The notes beneath the pieces are model-generated. The model was given only the letters and a program-made list of their open reading frames with translations. It was not told the DNA's origin and did not search any database. This document shows, one piece after another, positions 8,986 to 17,660 of a stretch of DNA of 64,000 nucleotides (position 1 is the first letter of the stretch; every line of letters begins with the position of its first letter). Source of the DNA: Acidobacteria bacterium UBA823 (lineage in GTDB: Bacteria > Acidobacteriota > Vicinamibacteria > Vicinamibacterales > UBA823); the NCBI GenBank assembly GCA_002296225.1, contig DBHR01000105.1, positions 2,619 through 66,618 on the forward strand, in the 5' to 3' direction. Both the position numbers and the translations under genes were made by a program.

Positions 8986-11324
8986 CGCGCACCCTCGAGC
9001 GAAGCAGCCACACGCACCGACTGGCCGCTGGCGACCTCGATGGTGGTCACCCATTCTCGATAGCCGTCGCGCACAAGTCGAATCCCGTGGGTCCCTGGCG
9101 GCACATCCACCGGTGCCAGCGGTGTCTCACCCAGAAGCCGGCCGTCGACGTACACTTTGGCCCCCGCCGGTCGCGTTTCAACCCCGACGCTGCCGGGAAC
9201 CGAAAGCTGAGTAGTAACTGCCGATGTCGTGAGCACCTCAGACGTTGCGTCACCTAATTCGCTCAAGGCCAAGTCAAGTGCCGCCACTGGTTCGTCGGCC
9301 ACGATCGAAACGCTGAGCAGTTCAACACGATACCCCGCACGGCTAATCCGAACGACGTAGTCACCGTAGGGTAAATCGCCCATCGCCAGCGGGGTAATCC
9401 CCGCTGCGGCCTCGTTCACCACGACTTGTGCACCGGGTGGACGCGAGCGGATCAGAAGGTGCCCGGGCGCCCGCGTTGGAGAAAGAAGCGGCGGTTCATA
9501 AGGCTGGGACACCTCGACACGAAGAACCGGTGCGGCGACAGCCTCGGGGGGAATCGCCGGGACTTCCGTTGATACCCCAGTCGGTTCCCCATCCGGGACC
9601 ACCTCACTCGCCACCACCGTCGGCGCTTCAGCAGCGTCGGCAACCAGCAGAGGCTCGGTCGGCTCAGGCACCACGGCCATCGGTGCCGGGACCGCTGTCG
9701 CGGCGGGCGGCACGCTCAAGTCTGGCGAACGCAACCTGTAGCCTATCCCGAGCGCAACAACCAACCCGAAGATGAGCGCTAAGATGAAAAAGGGTAAGGC
9801 CAGCTTAGGCTTCTCCTTCTCGGAACCGACATTCGCACCGGCCAAGATGGATGGGTTATCCGTCAGCAATGACAGTGGCTCCGGTAGGTTTGACCGTACG
9901 GGCCCACTCGCACTCGCCTGCGACGGCGCCTTGGCGCTGACCGACTCAGTCATCCGGGCCGGTTCGCTATCGGCCTCCAGCGGTGGCAGCACGTCAACCG
10001 GAGCATCATCGAAGGGCAATCGGTTCGGTGGGGGTGAGGTGGTAGCTGGCGGCTGGACCGCCGCCGGTTCTACCGCAGGCGGCTCGGGCTCGGCTTCACT
10101 TGCTTCGGGGCTACTAAGGATCTGATCGACCTCGAACGGCGTGGGCCGCCGGACCGATTCAAATTGAGGTGATTCGCTTGCCGTGGATAACTCGGGTGTA
10201 GGCATCTCCTCGTCAGGAGCCACCCACACGGCCGGCTCCTGCGTATCACTATTCCAAGCCTCCGAAGTCGCGTCGGTTTGTTCAAACACCGCGGTTGGTT
10301 CGACGACCAATTCGGTTGTCGGCAACAGCTCGGCTTCGCCCGCCTGATCCTGATTAGCGGCCGACGGAGGGGGCGGTGAACTCACGGGTTCGGGCTGCGC
10401 GGAGGGGGCGGCGGCGCGACCGCCGCCACCAGCCTTGAACACCAGCGCCTCTAACGCGCTGGAGAATTCGTGAGCGGTCCGTGGGCGGTCGTCGGGGTTG
10501 GCGGCCATCGCCGCTCCAAACAGCTTTTCCATTGCTGCGGAGTCGGCCACCACAGGCGCCTTCCGCAATTGCGCAGCCGCCTCCGGCCTAGTTCCCGCCG
10601 GACGCTGACCAGTCAGTAACTCGTACGCAATCACGGCAAGTGAGAAGACGTCAGCGCCGGGCCCCCAATCACCGCCACTAGCCCGTTCAGGCGCTGTATA
10701 AGGCTGCCTGACGGGTCCCTGGACACCGATTTCCTCCAGAGCCGGCACAACGCCAAACCCAGTCGCTCGCGCGGAATCCAACGTCGCGAACACATCGCGC
10801 GGGTGCAGGGCACCATGGAGCACGCCAACGGCGCGGGCTCCGTCGATGGCGCCTGCCAGTTGCGAGATGAACAGCACCCTCCGGTCGACCGATGCCGGCG
10901 CATCGCGTCGCATCGCGACATCCAGTGAGTCGGCCGCAACGTACTCCTGCGCAAGATAGACGACCGAACCCTCAACGCCAGCAGTGAGCGGCGCAATCAG
11001 CCCCGGCTCAGCCAAGCCGATCTGCGCGACCCGATTCAACTGCTCAGCCAGCGCCCTGGCTTGCTCCGGTGTGATGCCGATTTGAAAGACCTTGAGGGCT
11101 ACAAGGCGGTCGTTTTTAGGATCGCGACTCCGAAATACAGGTCCGAGAACGCCCACCCCGATCTGATGAAGTAGCCGGAACGGGCCCAACGCACTAGGCT
11201 GTGGGAATGAATTTGCTTCGTCGCGTGTCAGTGGAGCTACCCCTCCGGAGGGCAACAGAATGCTAGCATGGAAACTGCGTTGCTTCAACGCGCTCGGGCG
11301 TGCGGAGGCAAGACCTCGCGCCAT
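8982..11324 (-). CDS. Transmembrane Hanks-type kinase-like protein with two C-terminal PEGA domains (predicted pseudokinase)
   Basis: 780 aa. The Gly loop GVGVLG, the VALKVF lysine and TAPE are present. The catalytic loop reads [13 protein letters not shown] (no Lys or Asn of HRDLKPxN), and DFG is replaced by TGFG. One TM segment ([22 protein letters not shown]) follows a Pro/Ala/Glu-rich linker. Two PEGA-like units are present ([19 protein letters not shown]...[13 protein letters not shown] and [19 protein letters not shown]...[12 protein letters not shown]). Confidence 0.8.
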   Translation of the reverse strand: MARGLASARPSALKQRSFHASILLPSGGVAPLTRDEANSFPQPSALGPFRLLHQIGVGVLGPVFRSRDPKNDRLVALKVFQIGITPEQARALAEQLNRVAQIGLAEPGLIAPLTAGVEGSVVYLAQEYVAADSLDVAMRRDAPASVDRRVLFISQLAGAIDGARAVGVLHGALHPRDVFATLDSARATGFGVVPALEEIGVQGPVRQPYTAPERASGGDWGPGADVFSLAVIAYELLTGQRPAGTRPEAAAQLRKAPVVADSAAMEKLFGAAMAANPDDRPRTAHEFSSALEALVFKAGGGGRAAAPSAQPEPVSSPPPPSAANQDQAGEAELLPTTELVVEPTAVFEQTDATSEAWNSDTQEPAVWVAPDEEMPTPELSTASESPQFESVRRPTPFEVDQILSSPEASEAEPEPPAVEPAAVQPPATTSPPPNRLPFDDAPVDVLPPLEADSEPARMTESVSAKAPSQASASGPVRSNLPEPLSLLTDNPSILAGANVGSEKEKPKLALPFFILALIFGLVVALGIGYRLRSPDLSVPPAATAVPAPMAVVPEPTEPLLVADAAEAPTVVASEVVPDGEPTGVSTEVPAIPPEAVAAPVLRVEVSQPYEPPLLSPTRAPGHLLIRSRPPGAQVVVNEAAAGITPLAMGDLPYGDYVVRISRAGYRVELLSVSIVADEPVAALDLALSELGDATSEVLTTSAVTTQLSVPGSVGVETRPAGAKVYVDGRLLGETPLAPVDVPPGTHGIRLVRDGYREWVTTIEVASGQSVRVAASLEGAR

Positions 11325-11407
11325 CCCTTGACACGCCGAGCGAGCCTTTGAGACAGTCTAGTTAAGACGTTACGCTTGCCGGTTCTTTAATCCCTTCAGG
11401 CATTTTC

Positions 11408-13021
11408 GTGCAACACGCCATCGATATCCGCCGGTTCACATGGATCCGGCGTTTGGCTTCAGACTACGCTTCCAATCACAGCGCCCTAGCCTCATTCTTC
11501 GCGGGCGATCCCGCGTCTCCTGCCAGCTGGAGCGATGCCATCGCACGGCGGCAGGCGTCGCGTCCGCCAAGTAGGTTTGTCGATGTCCTCGGCGCACAGC
11601 AGGAATCGCGCGGCGCTCCGGCGGAGGCACGGGCCGCCGCCGAGACGCTACGCCAACCGGAGGCGGTGGCCGTCGTCACCGGCCAGCAGGCCGGTTTGTT
11701 TGGCGGTCCACTCTTCACTCTCCTGAAGGCGTTAACGACTATCCAGCTAGCCAAACGAGTCTCCCGAGAACAGAGTATTCCCGTTGTCGCCGTGTTTTGG
11801 ATCGACGCGGAAGACCACGACTGGGACGAGGTGGCCTCGTGCGCCGTCCTCGACCCTAACTGCCAGGTGCAGCGAGTGACGCTACACCCACCGACAGGCG
11901 CCGGCCACGTGCCCGTAGGCTCGCTGATAATCGGCGAGGACGTCGGGACCGCGCTCAACGCACTGGCCGAGGCGCTCCCACCAAGCGAGTTCACGGCATC
12001 CCTAATCGGCGATTTGCGCCGGACTTACCAGAGCGGTAGGGGCATGGCCGAAGCCTTCGGCCGATGGTTGGAGTCGGTGCTCGGACCGCATGGGCTCGTC
12101 GTGTTCGACTCGTGCGATCCGGCAGCTAAGCCATTTGTTCGTGGTCTCTTTGAACAAGAACTGCGGAGCATGCGGACCTCGGCGTTGGCCACCGAAGCCG
12201 GCGAGCGTCTGACCGCGCAGGGGTATCACGCTCAGGTCACCCCACACCGGGAAAGCACTGCGCTCTTCCGCCTCGATGGCACGCGGCAGCCGATCCGTCG
12301 GACGGCCGACGGCTTCTCGGTCAGCAACACGCCGACAACGCTCGACGATTTACTCGCAGCGCTCAAGCGGCACCCGGAGCAGTTCAGCCCCAACGTCCTA
12401 CTCCGGCCACTCGTGCAGGACACCCTATTCCCGACGGTCTGCTATGTCTCTGGACCCAACGAGCTCGCGTATCTGGCACAGCTCAAAACCGTCTACGAGG
12501 ACTTTGAACTGCCGATGCCGCTCATCCATCCCCGTGACAGCGCCACCCTGCTTGATTCGGTCGGCGCAAGATTCCTGAACCGTCAGGACATACCATTCGA
12601 AGCTCTTCAGCCACAAGACGAGGCGGCGTTGAACCAATTACTGGAAGCCCAGCTACCGGCGTCGGTCGAGCAATCAATTGACGACGCGCGGCGTGCGATC
12701 CAAGCCTACCTCGGGAGGGTTGTCGAGGTCGTTCCCACTGTTGATCCCACGCTGGCAGGTGCCGCACGATCCACGTTGGGCCGGATGGAGCACAGCCTGA
12801 AAACCCTCCACAATAAGATCCTCCAGGCTGCGAAACGCCGTGATGACACGCTGCGACGGCAGTTCGCACACACTCGCGCACAGGCATTCCCCGAAGGTCA
12901 CCCACAGGAACGGGCGCTAGGATTCGTAGGGTTCCTCAATCGCTTTGGGCCGGACCTAGTCGACCGCCTCCTCTCCGACTTGCCCTTGGACCCTAAGCAT
13001 CACATCCTCATCACGCCCTAA
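11408..13021 (+). CDS. bshC: Bacillithiol biosynthesis cysteine-adding enzyme BshC
   Basis: 537 aa with a GTG start. It carries the conserved VVTGQQAGLFGGPLFTLLKALTTIQLAK block and the overall length of the BshC (DUF2317) family. Confidence 0.85.
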   Translation: MQHAIDIRRFTWIRRLASDYASNHSALASFFAGDPASPASWSDAIARRQASRPPSRFVDVLGAQQESRGAPAEARAAAETLRQPEAVAVVTGQQAGLFGGPLFTLLKALTTIQLAKRVSREQSIPVVAVFWIDAEDHDWDEVASCAVLDPNCQVQRVTLHPPTGAGHVPVGSLIIGEDVGTALNALAEALPPSEFTASLIGDLRRTYQSGRGMAEAFGRWLESVLGPHGLVVFDSCDPAAKPFVRGLFEQELRSMRTSALATEAGERLTAQGYHAQVTPHRESTALFRLDGTRQPIRRTADGFSVSNTPTTLDDLLAALKRHPEQFSPNVLLRPLVQDTLFPTVCYVSGPNELAYLAQLKTVYEDFELPMPLIHPRDSATLLDSVGARFLNRQDIPFEALQPQDEAALNQLLEAQLPASVEQSIDDARRAIQAYLGRVVEVVPTVDPTLAGAARSTLGRMEHSLKTLHNKILQAAKRRDDTLRRQFAHTRAQAFPEGHPQERALGFVGFLNRFGPDLVDRLLSDLPLDPKHHILITP

Positions 13022-13047
13022 CCTCTCACCGCGGCCATCGGCGAGCC

Positions 13048-13056
13048 TGTTATAAT
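13048..13056 (+). promoter_or_regulatory. Extended -10 promoter element TGTTATAAT upstream of xdhC-like/hrcA/grpE/dnaJ
   Basis: Exact TGnTATAAT consensus lies 65 nt upstream of the 13121 ATG, in the 99-bp gap after bshC. The identical 9-mer recurs upstream of rpsT. No good -35 is present. Confidence 0.45.
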
Positions 13057-13120
13057 TAGGGAAAGCGCTTCGGCAGGCCGGGCGCGCGTTGCTCAACAAC
13101 CCGCGGCCTAGCAAACCACA

Positions 13121-13966
13121 ATGAGTCAGCAAGTTTTCGAAGCAATCACCCGAGCACTTGTAGATGGAGAGTCCGCGGCTCTGGTCACCATCATCAAGAC
13201 GGAAGGGTCAACACCGCAGCGCGTTGGTGCGAAGATGCTAGTCTATGCCGACGGCCGGACAGTCGGCACAATAGGTGGAGGCTGTTACGAAAACGACGCG
13301 TTCTGGAAGGCACGCGAAGCGCTGGAGACTCGACGTCCCGTCGTCGCTAGCTACGAGCTCACCGACGATTTCGCCGAAGAGAGTGGGCTCGTGTGTGGCG
13401 GACAAATGGAAGTCTATATCGAACCGCTGGAGCCGACGCCGCCACTCTACATCGTTGGCGCCGGTCACATAGCGTACCACCTGGCTGCCATGGCCGCGGG
13501 CGTCGGTTTTCGTGTCCACGTGGTTGACGATCGCGAAAAGTTCGCTAACGTCGAACGGTTTCCGGATGCAGCTGAAGTTGTGGTGGACTCAATTCCCGAG
13601 TGGTTGCATCGCGCGGCGATTCCAACCTTCGCATATGCGGTGATCGTAACGCGCGGCCACCGGCACGATCTCGATGCGCTGCGAGTTTTGGCGACACACG
13701 ACCTGCGGTATCTGGGCCTCATCGGCAGCCGGGCCAAGGTGTCACGAATCTTCGAGTCCCTGATGGAGGAGTCGATGCCAGCCGAATGTCTCCGGCGCGT
13801 GCACGCGCCAATCGGTCTCGACATCGGTGCCGTCACGCCGCAAGAAATCGCCGTGAGTATCCTCGCAGAACTGATTGCTGTTAAGTACGGCAGAGCCGGG
13901 CGCGATGATGCTGAGACGCCTGCCCACTCACTCAGCTGGACGCCGAAGAGCGTCGAAACGAGCTGA
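13121..13966 (+). CDS. XdhC/CoxI-family accessory protein (molybdenum-cofactor insertion chaperone family)
   Basis: 281 aa. The N-terminal XdhC_CoxI-like block is ALVTIIKTEGSTPQRVGAKMLV...GTIGGGC. The C-terminal Rossmann-like part is LYIVGAGHIAYHLAAMA..GFRVHVVDDRE...VIVTRGHRHD. Confidence 0.8.
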   Translation: MSQQVFEAITRALVDGESAALVTIIKTEGSTPQRVGAKMLVYADGRTVGTIGGGCYENDAFWKAREALETRRPVVASYELTDDFAEESGLVCGGQMEVYIEPLEPTPPLYIVGAGHIAYHLAAMAAGVGFRVHVVDDREKFANVERFPDAAEVVVDSIPEWLHRAAIPTFAYAVIVTRGHRHDLDALRVLATHDLRYLGLIGSRAKVSRIFESLMEESMPAECLRRVHAPIGLDIGAVTPQEIAVSILAELIAVKYGRAGRDDAETPAHSLSWTPKSVETS

Positions 13967-13973
13967 CGACCCG

Positions 13974-15071
13974 ATGACCCCAACCTCCCCTTCGCACCGT
14001 CGCCATGCTGAACACTCGCCGCATTTCTCAGACCGCACACGCGCGATTTTAGCTGCCGTCGTCCTCGGCTACATCGAGCGTGGTGAACCGGTATCCTCTC
14101 TCTGGCTTACACGGCATAGACGATTCGGCGTTTCGTCGGCAACTCTCAGGAATACGATGGCGGAGCTTGAACGGCTCGGTTATGTGCATCAGCCACATGC
14201 CTCGGCCGGCCGCGTACCCACCGACCGCGGCTACCGCTACTACGTCGACTTATTGCTCGAAGGCCGGCGCCCGGCGCGCTCTTCACGCAACGTCGAAGCC
14301 AGACTCCGGAGGGCGTCGACAGTCGATGATTTACTCAGCAACGTGTCACACGAGCTGTCGCGCGCCTCGCACCACCTCGGCTTTGCACTGACGCCCTCGG
14401 GCAGAGCCGCGGCGTTTCGGCAGATCGACTTCGTCACGCTCGACCGGAAGCGCGTGCTGGTCGTGGTTGTTTCGGCCTTGGGACACGTCTCCCACAAGGT
14501 CGTGAATATTTCCGAAACCCTACGACCTGTGGATCTAACGCAGGCTGCGAACTATCTCAATCAGGAATTTGCCGGGCTACCGTTGTGCGACGTGCGGACA
14601 GCGATCGTCGAGCGCCTCAATCAGGAGCGCACGTTGTACGACACATTACGGACTCGAGCGCTCCGACTCGCGCGCAAGACCTTCGAAAACCTGCCCGAGA
14701 GTTCGCTGTTCGTCCAGGGCGCCTCGCTACTCCTCGACGACGCCACCGACGGCAACGACCCGTCATCTGTATCACGGCTGAGCGCTTTGTTTGAGATGAT
14801 CGAGGAAAAGGATCGGCTCGTGCGGGTCCTGAACAAATACATCGATGATCCTGGCCTGACCATCATAATTGGCACCGAGCACCGCACGCAGACTCTTAAG
14901 AACCTCAGCTTAATCACTTCTACTTACTTCGACGGACATCAAACCGGATGCGTGGGCATCATCGGCCCTCGACGAATGCGCTACGCTCGTTCGATCGCTG
15001 CCGTGGACGGTGTCTCCCGCACAGTGAGCCGACTGCTGGGCACTACCACCGGCGCAACTTGGGCCAACTGA
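13974..15071 (+). CDS. hrcA: Heat-inducible transcriptional repressor HrcA
   Basis: The N-terminal winged-helix part is RTRAILAAVVLGYIERGEPVSSLWL...SSATLRNTMAELERLGYV.QPHASAGRVPTDRGYRYYVD. The start is trimmed to the ATG at 13974, 8 nt after the xdhC-like stop. The track start at 13875 overlaps that gene. Confidence 0.9.
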   Translation: MTPTSPSHRRHAEHSPHFSDRTRAILAAVVLGYIERGEPVSSLWLTRHRRFGVSSATLRNTMAELERLGYVHQPHASAGRVPTDRGYRYYVDLLLEGRRPARSSRNVEARLRRASTVDDLLSNVSHELSRASHHLGFALTPSGRAAAFRQIDFVTLDRKRVLVVVVSALGHVSHKVVNISETLRPVDLTQAANYLNQEFAGLPLCDVRTAIVERLNQERTLYDTLRTRALRLARKTFENLPESSLFVQGASLLLDDATDGNDPSSVSRLSALFEMIEEKDRLVRVLNKYIDDPGLTIIIGTEHRTQTLKNLSLITSTYFDGHQTGCVGIIGPRRMRYARSIAAVDGVSRTVSRLLGTTTGATWAN

Positions 15072-15077
15072 GCGAAA

Positions 15078-15647
15078 GTGATGGGCGACGAGGCGCGGTC
15101 TGCACCGTCCGAGGACGCGACCGACACCGAAGCAGTACCCGAGGCAGTTAGTGAGGGCGCAGCCGAAGCCAATACAGCTGCCGACGTGCCTTCCGTGGAA
15201 CAACTGCAGCGGGAGCGCGCCGAGTTTAAGGACCTACTACTCCGCAAGACGGCTGAGTTCGACAACTATCGAAAGCGGATCGATCGAGACCGTGAACGGA
15301 TGATCAAACATGCTGGCGCCGAGGTCCTCGAACAGTTACTGCCGGTCATCGACGACCTCGAGCGGGCATTAGATGTTGCCACGGGCGACGATGCGAGCGG
15401 AGAAGATGCCTACCGGCGAGGCGTCGAAATCATCCACCGACAGCTGCTCGACTTGCTCCGGAAGTACCGCGTGACGCCGATGGATGCGGTCGGTTCTGAT
15501 TTCGACCCGCATATCCATCAAGCGGTCGTGCATGAGCCAAGTACAACACACCGTGACGGCGAGGTAACGGTGGAGCTACGCCGCGGCTACATGCTCGGCG
15601 ACAATCTGCTCCGGGCAGCCATGGTCAAGGTGGCCAAGCGTGAGTAA
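15078..15647 (+). CDS. grpE: Nucleotide exchange factor GrpE
   Basis: 189 aa with an acidic N-terminus, then [17 protein letters not shown]...[12 protein letters not shown]...FDPHIHQAV...[17 protein letters not shown] at 15078 or the ATG at 15081 could be the start. Confidence 0.92.
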   Translation: MMGDEARSAPSEDATDTEAVPEAVSEGAAEANTAADVPSVEQLQRERAEFKDLLLRKTAEFDNYRKRIDRDRERMIKHAGAEVLEQLLPVIDDLERALDVATGDDASGEDAYRRGVEIIHRQLLDLLRKYRVTPMDAVGSDFDPHIHQAVVHEPSTTHRDGEVTVELRRGYMLGDNLLRAAMVKVAKRE

Positions 15648-16782
15648 GCGCGACTACTACGAGGTCCTGGGTATCACTCGTGACGCCAGTGACCCAGACA
15701 TCAAGAGCGCGTACCGAAAGCTTGCTCTCAAACACCACCCCGATCGGAATCCTGGCGACTCGGCGTCTGAAGCACGCTTCAAGGAAGCGGCGGAAGCCTA
15801 TGCCGTCCTTGCCGACCGCGAGAAACGTACCGTCTACGATCGCTTCGGCCATGCTGGACTCGGTACGACACCGAGTAGCGGAGTCGATCCCACGGTCTTT
15901 GAGGGCTTCGACGACATTCTCGGCGGCCTCGGTGACGTCTTCGGTTTCGGCGATCTTTTCGGTGGCCGGCGCCGCGCGGGACCGCGCCACGGCGCTGATC
16001 TCCGATACGACCTCAAGATTGTGTTCGAGGACGCCGCGCGCGGATCTGAAACCACGTTGCAGCTGCCGCGCGAGGAACCGTGTCACGCCTGTCAGGGATC
16101 AGGCGCAGCTCCAGGAAGCACCCCAGGCACGTGCTCGGAGTGCGGCGGACACGGTCAGGTTCGCTACCAACAAGGCTTTCTCACTATCGCCCGCACCTGC
16201 AGCCGATGTCGGGGCGTGGGTAAGGTGATCGTGACCCCGTGCGAAGCCTGCCACGGCGCCGGTCGGACGACACGGGAGCGTAAGCTCACAGTGAAGATCC
16301 CGGCCGGTATTTCCACCGGACAGCGGCTGAGGCTGCACGGCGAGGGCGAGCTTGGCGAACGCGGGGCGCCACCCGGCGACCTCTACGTTGTCGTGCACGT
16401 GGGCGAACACCCGTTCTTCCAGCGCGACGGCGACGACCTGCTCTGCATCGTTCCGATCCCATATCCCACGATGGTCTTAGGCGGTGATATCTCGGTGCCG
16501 ACGCTCAACGGCGACGAGCGCATCGTCATCCCAAAGGGCACGGAGCCGGGTGCTAGGTTACGACTAAAAAACAAAGGGATGCCTAACGTGAACGGTAGAG
16601 GCCAGGGCGACCTGTTTGTCGAAGTCCAAGTCGACACTCTCCGCCGACTCTCAAAAGAACAGCACGCGCTCCTCGAAAAACTCGCTAAAACGATGGGCAA
16701 CCACAAGGTCGAGCCACGCACACGAGAATCTCACAGTGAAGACCGGCCGTTCTTCGATCGGGTCAAAGATATCTTTGGCTGA
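15640..16782 (+). CDS. dnaJ: Molecular chaperone DnaJ
   Basis: J domain [35 protein letters not shown], a G/F region, and four CxxCxGxG zinc-finger repeats ([32 protein letters not shown]). It overlaps grpE by 8 nt. Confidence 0.95.
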   Translation: MSKRDYYEVLGITRDASDPDIKSAYRKLALKHHPDRNPGDSASEARFKEAAEAYAVLADREKRTVYDRFGHAGLGTTPSSGVDPTVFEGFDDILGGLGDVFGFGDLFGGRRRAGPRHGADLRYDLKIVFEDAARGSETTLQLPREEPCHACQGSGAAPGSTPGTCSECGGHGQVRYQQGFLTIARTCSRCRGVGKVIVTPCEACHGAGRTTRERKLTVKIPAGISTGQRLRLHGEGELGERGAPPGDLYVVVHVGEHPFFQRDGDDLLCIVPIPYPTMVLGGDISVPTLNGDERIVIPKGTEPGARLRLKNKGMPNVNGRGQGDLFVEVQVDTLRRLSKEQHALLEKLAKTMGNHKVEPRTRESHSEDRPFFDRVKDIFG

Positions 16783-16810
16783 CCCGTCAGCCACACTTCG
16801 CATCCAGCTC

Positions 16811-17560
16811 TCACGAATCGTCCCAGAGACAGGCGAGCGCGGCTAGGGCGACGACGGGGACGATCTCAGCGCGCAAAATCCGCCCCCCCAGCATCATCAC
16901 CTGAAAATCTTCTGCGATAAACTGATTCAACTCATCCGAGGCCCAGCCTCCCTCCGGACCGATAGCCAGCGAGACGGTCTTAGGTCGCGGTCGTTCGGCC
17001 AGGTCCCTCGGACGGATCGCGTCGGCACGGGCAGCACTTGGCTCGGTTAGGACGAGCTGCACATCAGCCCGATCGGCCGTAGCGAACGACTCGACGGCCA
17101 TCGGCTCGCGGACCTCTGGCACCACGGCCCGTCCGCATTGCTTGGCAGCGGCCACAGCGATCCGGCGCCACCTAGCAGCAACGCTGCCACCCCGAATGAC
17201 AGACGGCCTGTGCGAGGCCTGCCGGACCGCCAGCAACGGTTGAACGGCCGCCGCCCCAAGCATTGTGGCGTCTCGAACTACGGCGTCGAACGTCCGTCCT
17301 TTCAGAACCGTCGGCGCGACAGTGACGGCTACAGACGCTTCTGGCACCGCAGCTACTGGCTCGAGTATCCGGACGATGACACCCGCGCGTCCCACACGCT
17401 CCACTCGGCCCAAGTACTCGTGCCCGCGACCATCAAACACGCACACCTCGTCAGCAACACCGAGTCGCAGGACCTGACGGAGGTGCCGAGACTCGTCTAC
17501 GGGAAGCACGACGGCATCACCGCTGCCTTCAATCGCGGGCGCAAAAAAGCGTGGCGGCAT
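16811..17560 (-). CDS. rsmE: 16S rRNA (uracil1498-N3)-methyltransferase RsmE
   Basis: Starts MPPRFFAP....V.LPVDESRHLRQVLRLG, as is typical of RsmE, and has the C-terminal SPOUT knot region IGPEGGW...E......G.......LG.RILRAE. The start is trimmed to the ATG at 17560. Confidence 0.85.
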   Translation of the reverse strand: MPPRFFAPAIEGSGDAVVLPVDESRHLRQVLRLGVADEVCVFDGRGHEYLGRVERVGRAGVIVRILEPVAAVPEASVAVTVAPTVLKGRTFDAVVRDATMLGAAAVQPLLAVRQASHRPSVIRGGSVAARWRRIAVAAAKQCGRAVVPEVREPMAVESFATADRADVQLVLTEPSAARADAIRPRDLAERPRPKTVSLAIGPEGGWASDELNQFIAEDFQVMMLGGRILRAEIVPVVALAALACLWDDS

Positions 17561-17567
17561 CGAAGAG

Positions 17568-17573
17568 ATTATA
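17568..17573 (-). promoter_or_regulatory. Consensus TATAAT -10 box 7 nt upstream of the rsmE ATG (possible leaderless transcript)
   Basis: The minus strand reads gggcacTATAATctcttcgATG. The spacing would put the transcription start at or next to the start codon. No Shine-Dalgarno sequence is visible. Confidence 0.35.
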
Positions 17574-17660
17574 GTGCCCAGTTCAACCCAGGCAACGGCG
17601 CCGGCACGTATGACGCGCACCAGAACGCCCTCGGTTTCGCGCTATACTCCAAGCACAAAT

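Noticed and set aside
9500-10450. Pro/Ala/Glu-rich coding tracts (also 42400..42900 in tonB), considered as possible tandem DNA repeats.
   Set aside because: I could see no exact or periodic nucleotide repeat unit. These are compositionally biased linker regions of the kinase-like protein and of TonB.
13153-13174. A CIRCE-like string AGCACTT-N9-GAGTCC just inside the xdhC-like gene, near the hrcA unit.
   Set aside because: The two arms are not reverse complements of each other (GCACTT versus GAGTCC). The outer TTA/TAA arms are missing, and the string lies within coding sequence downstream of the predicted promoter.
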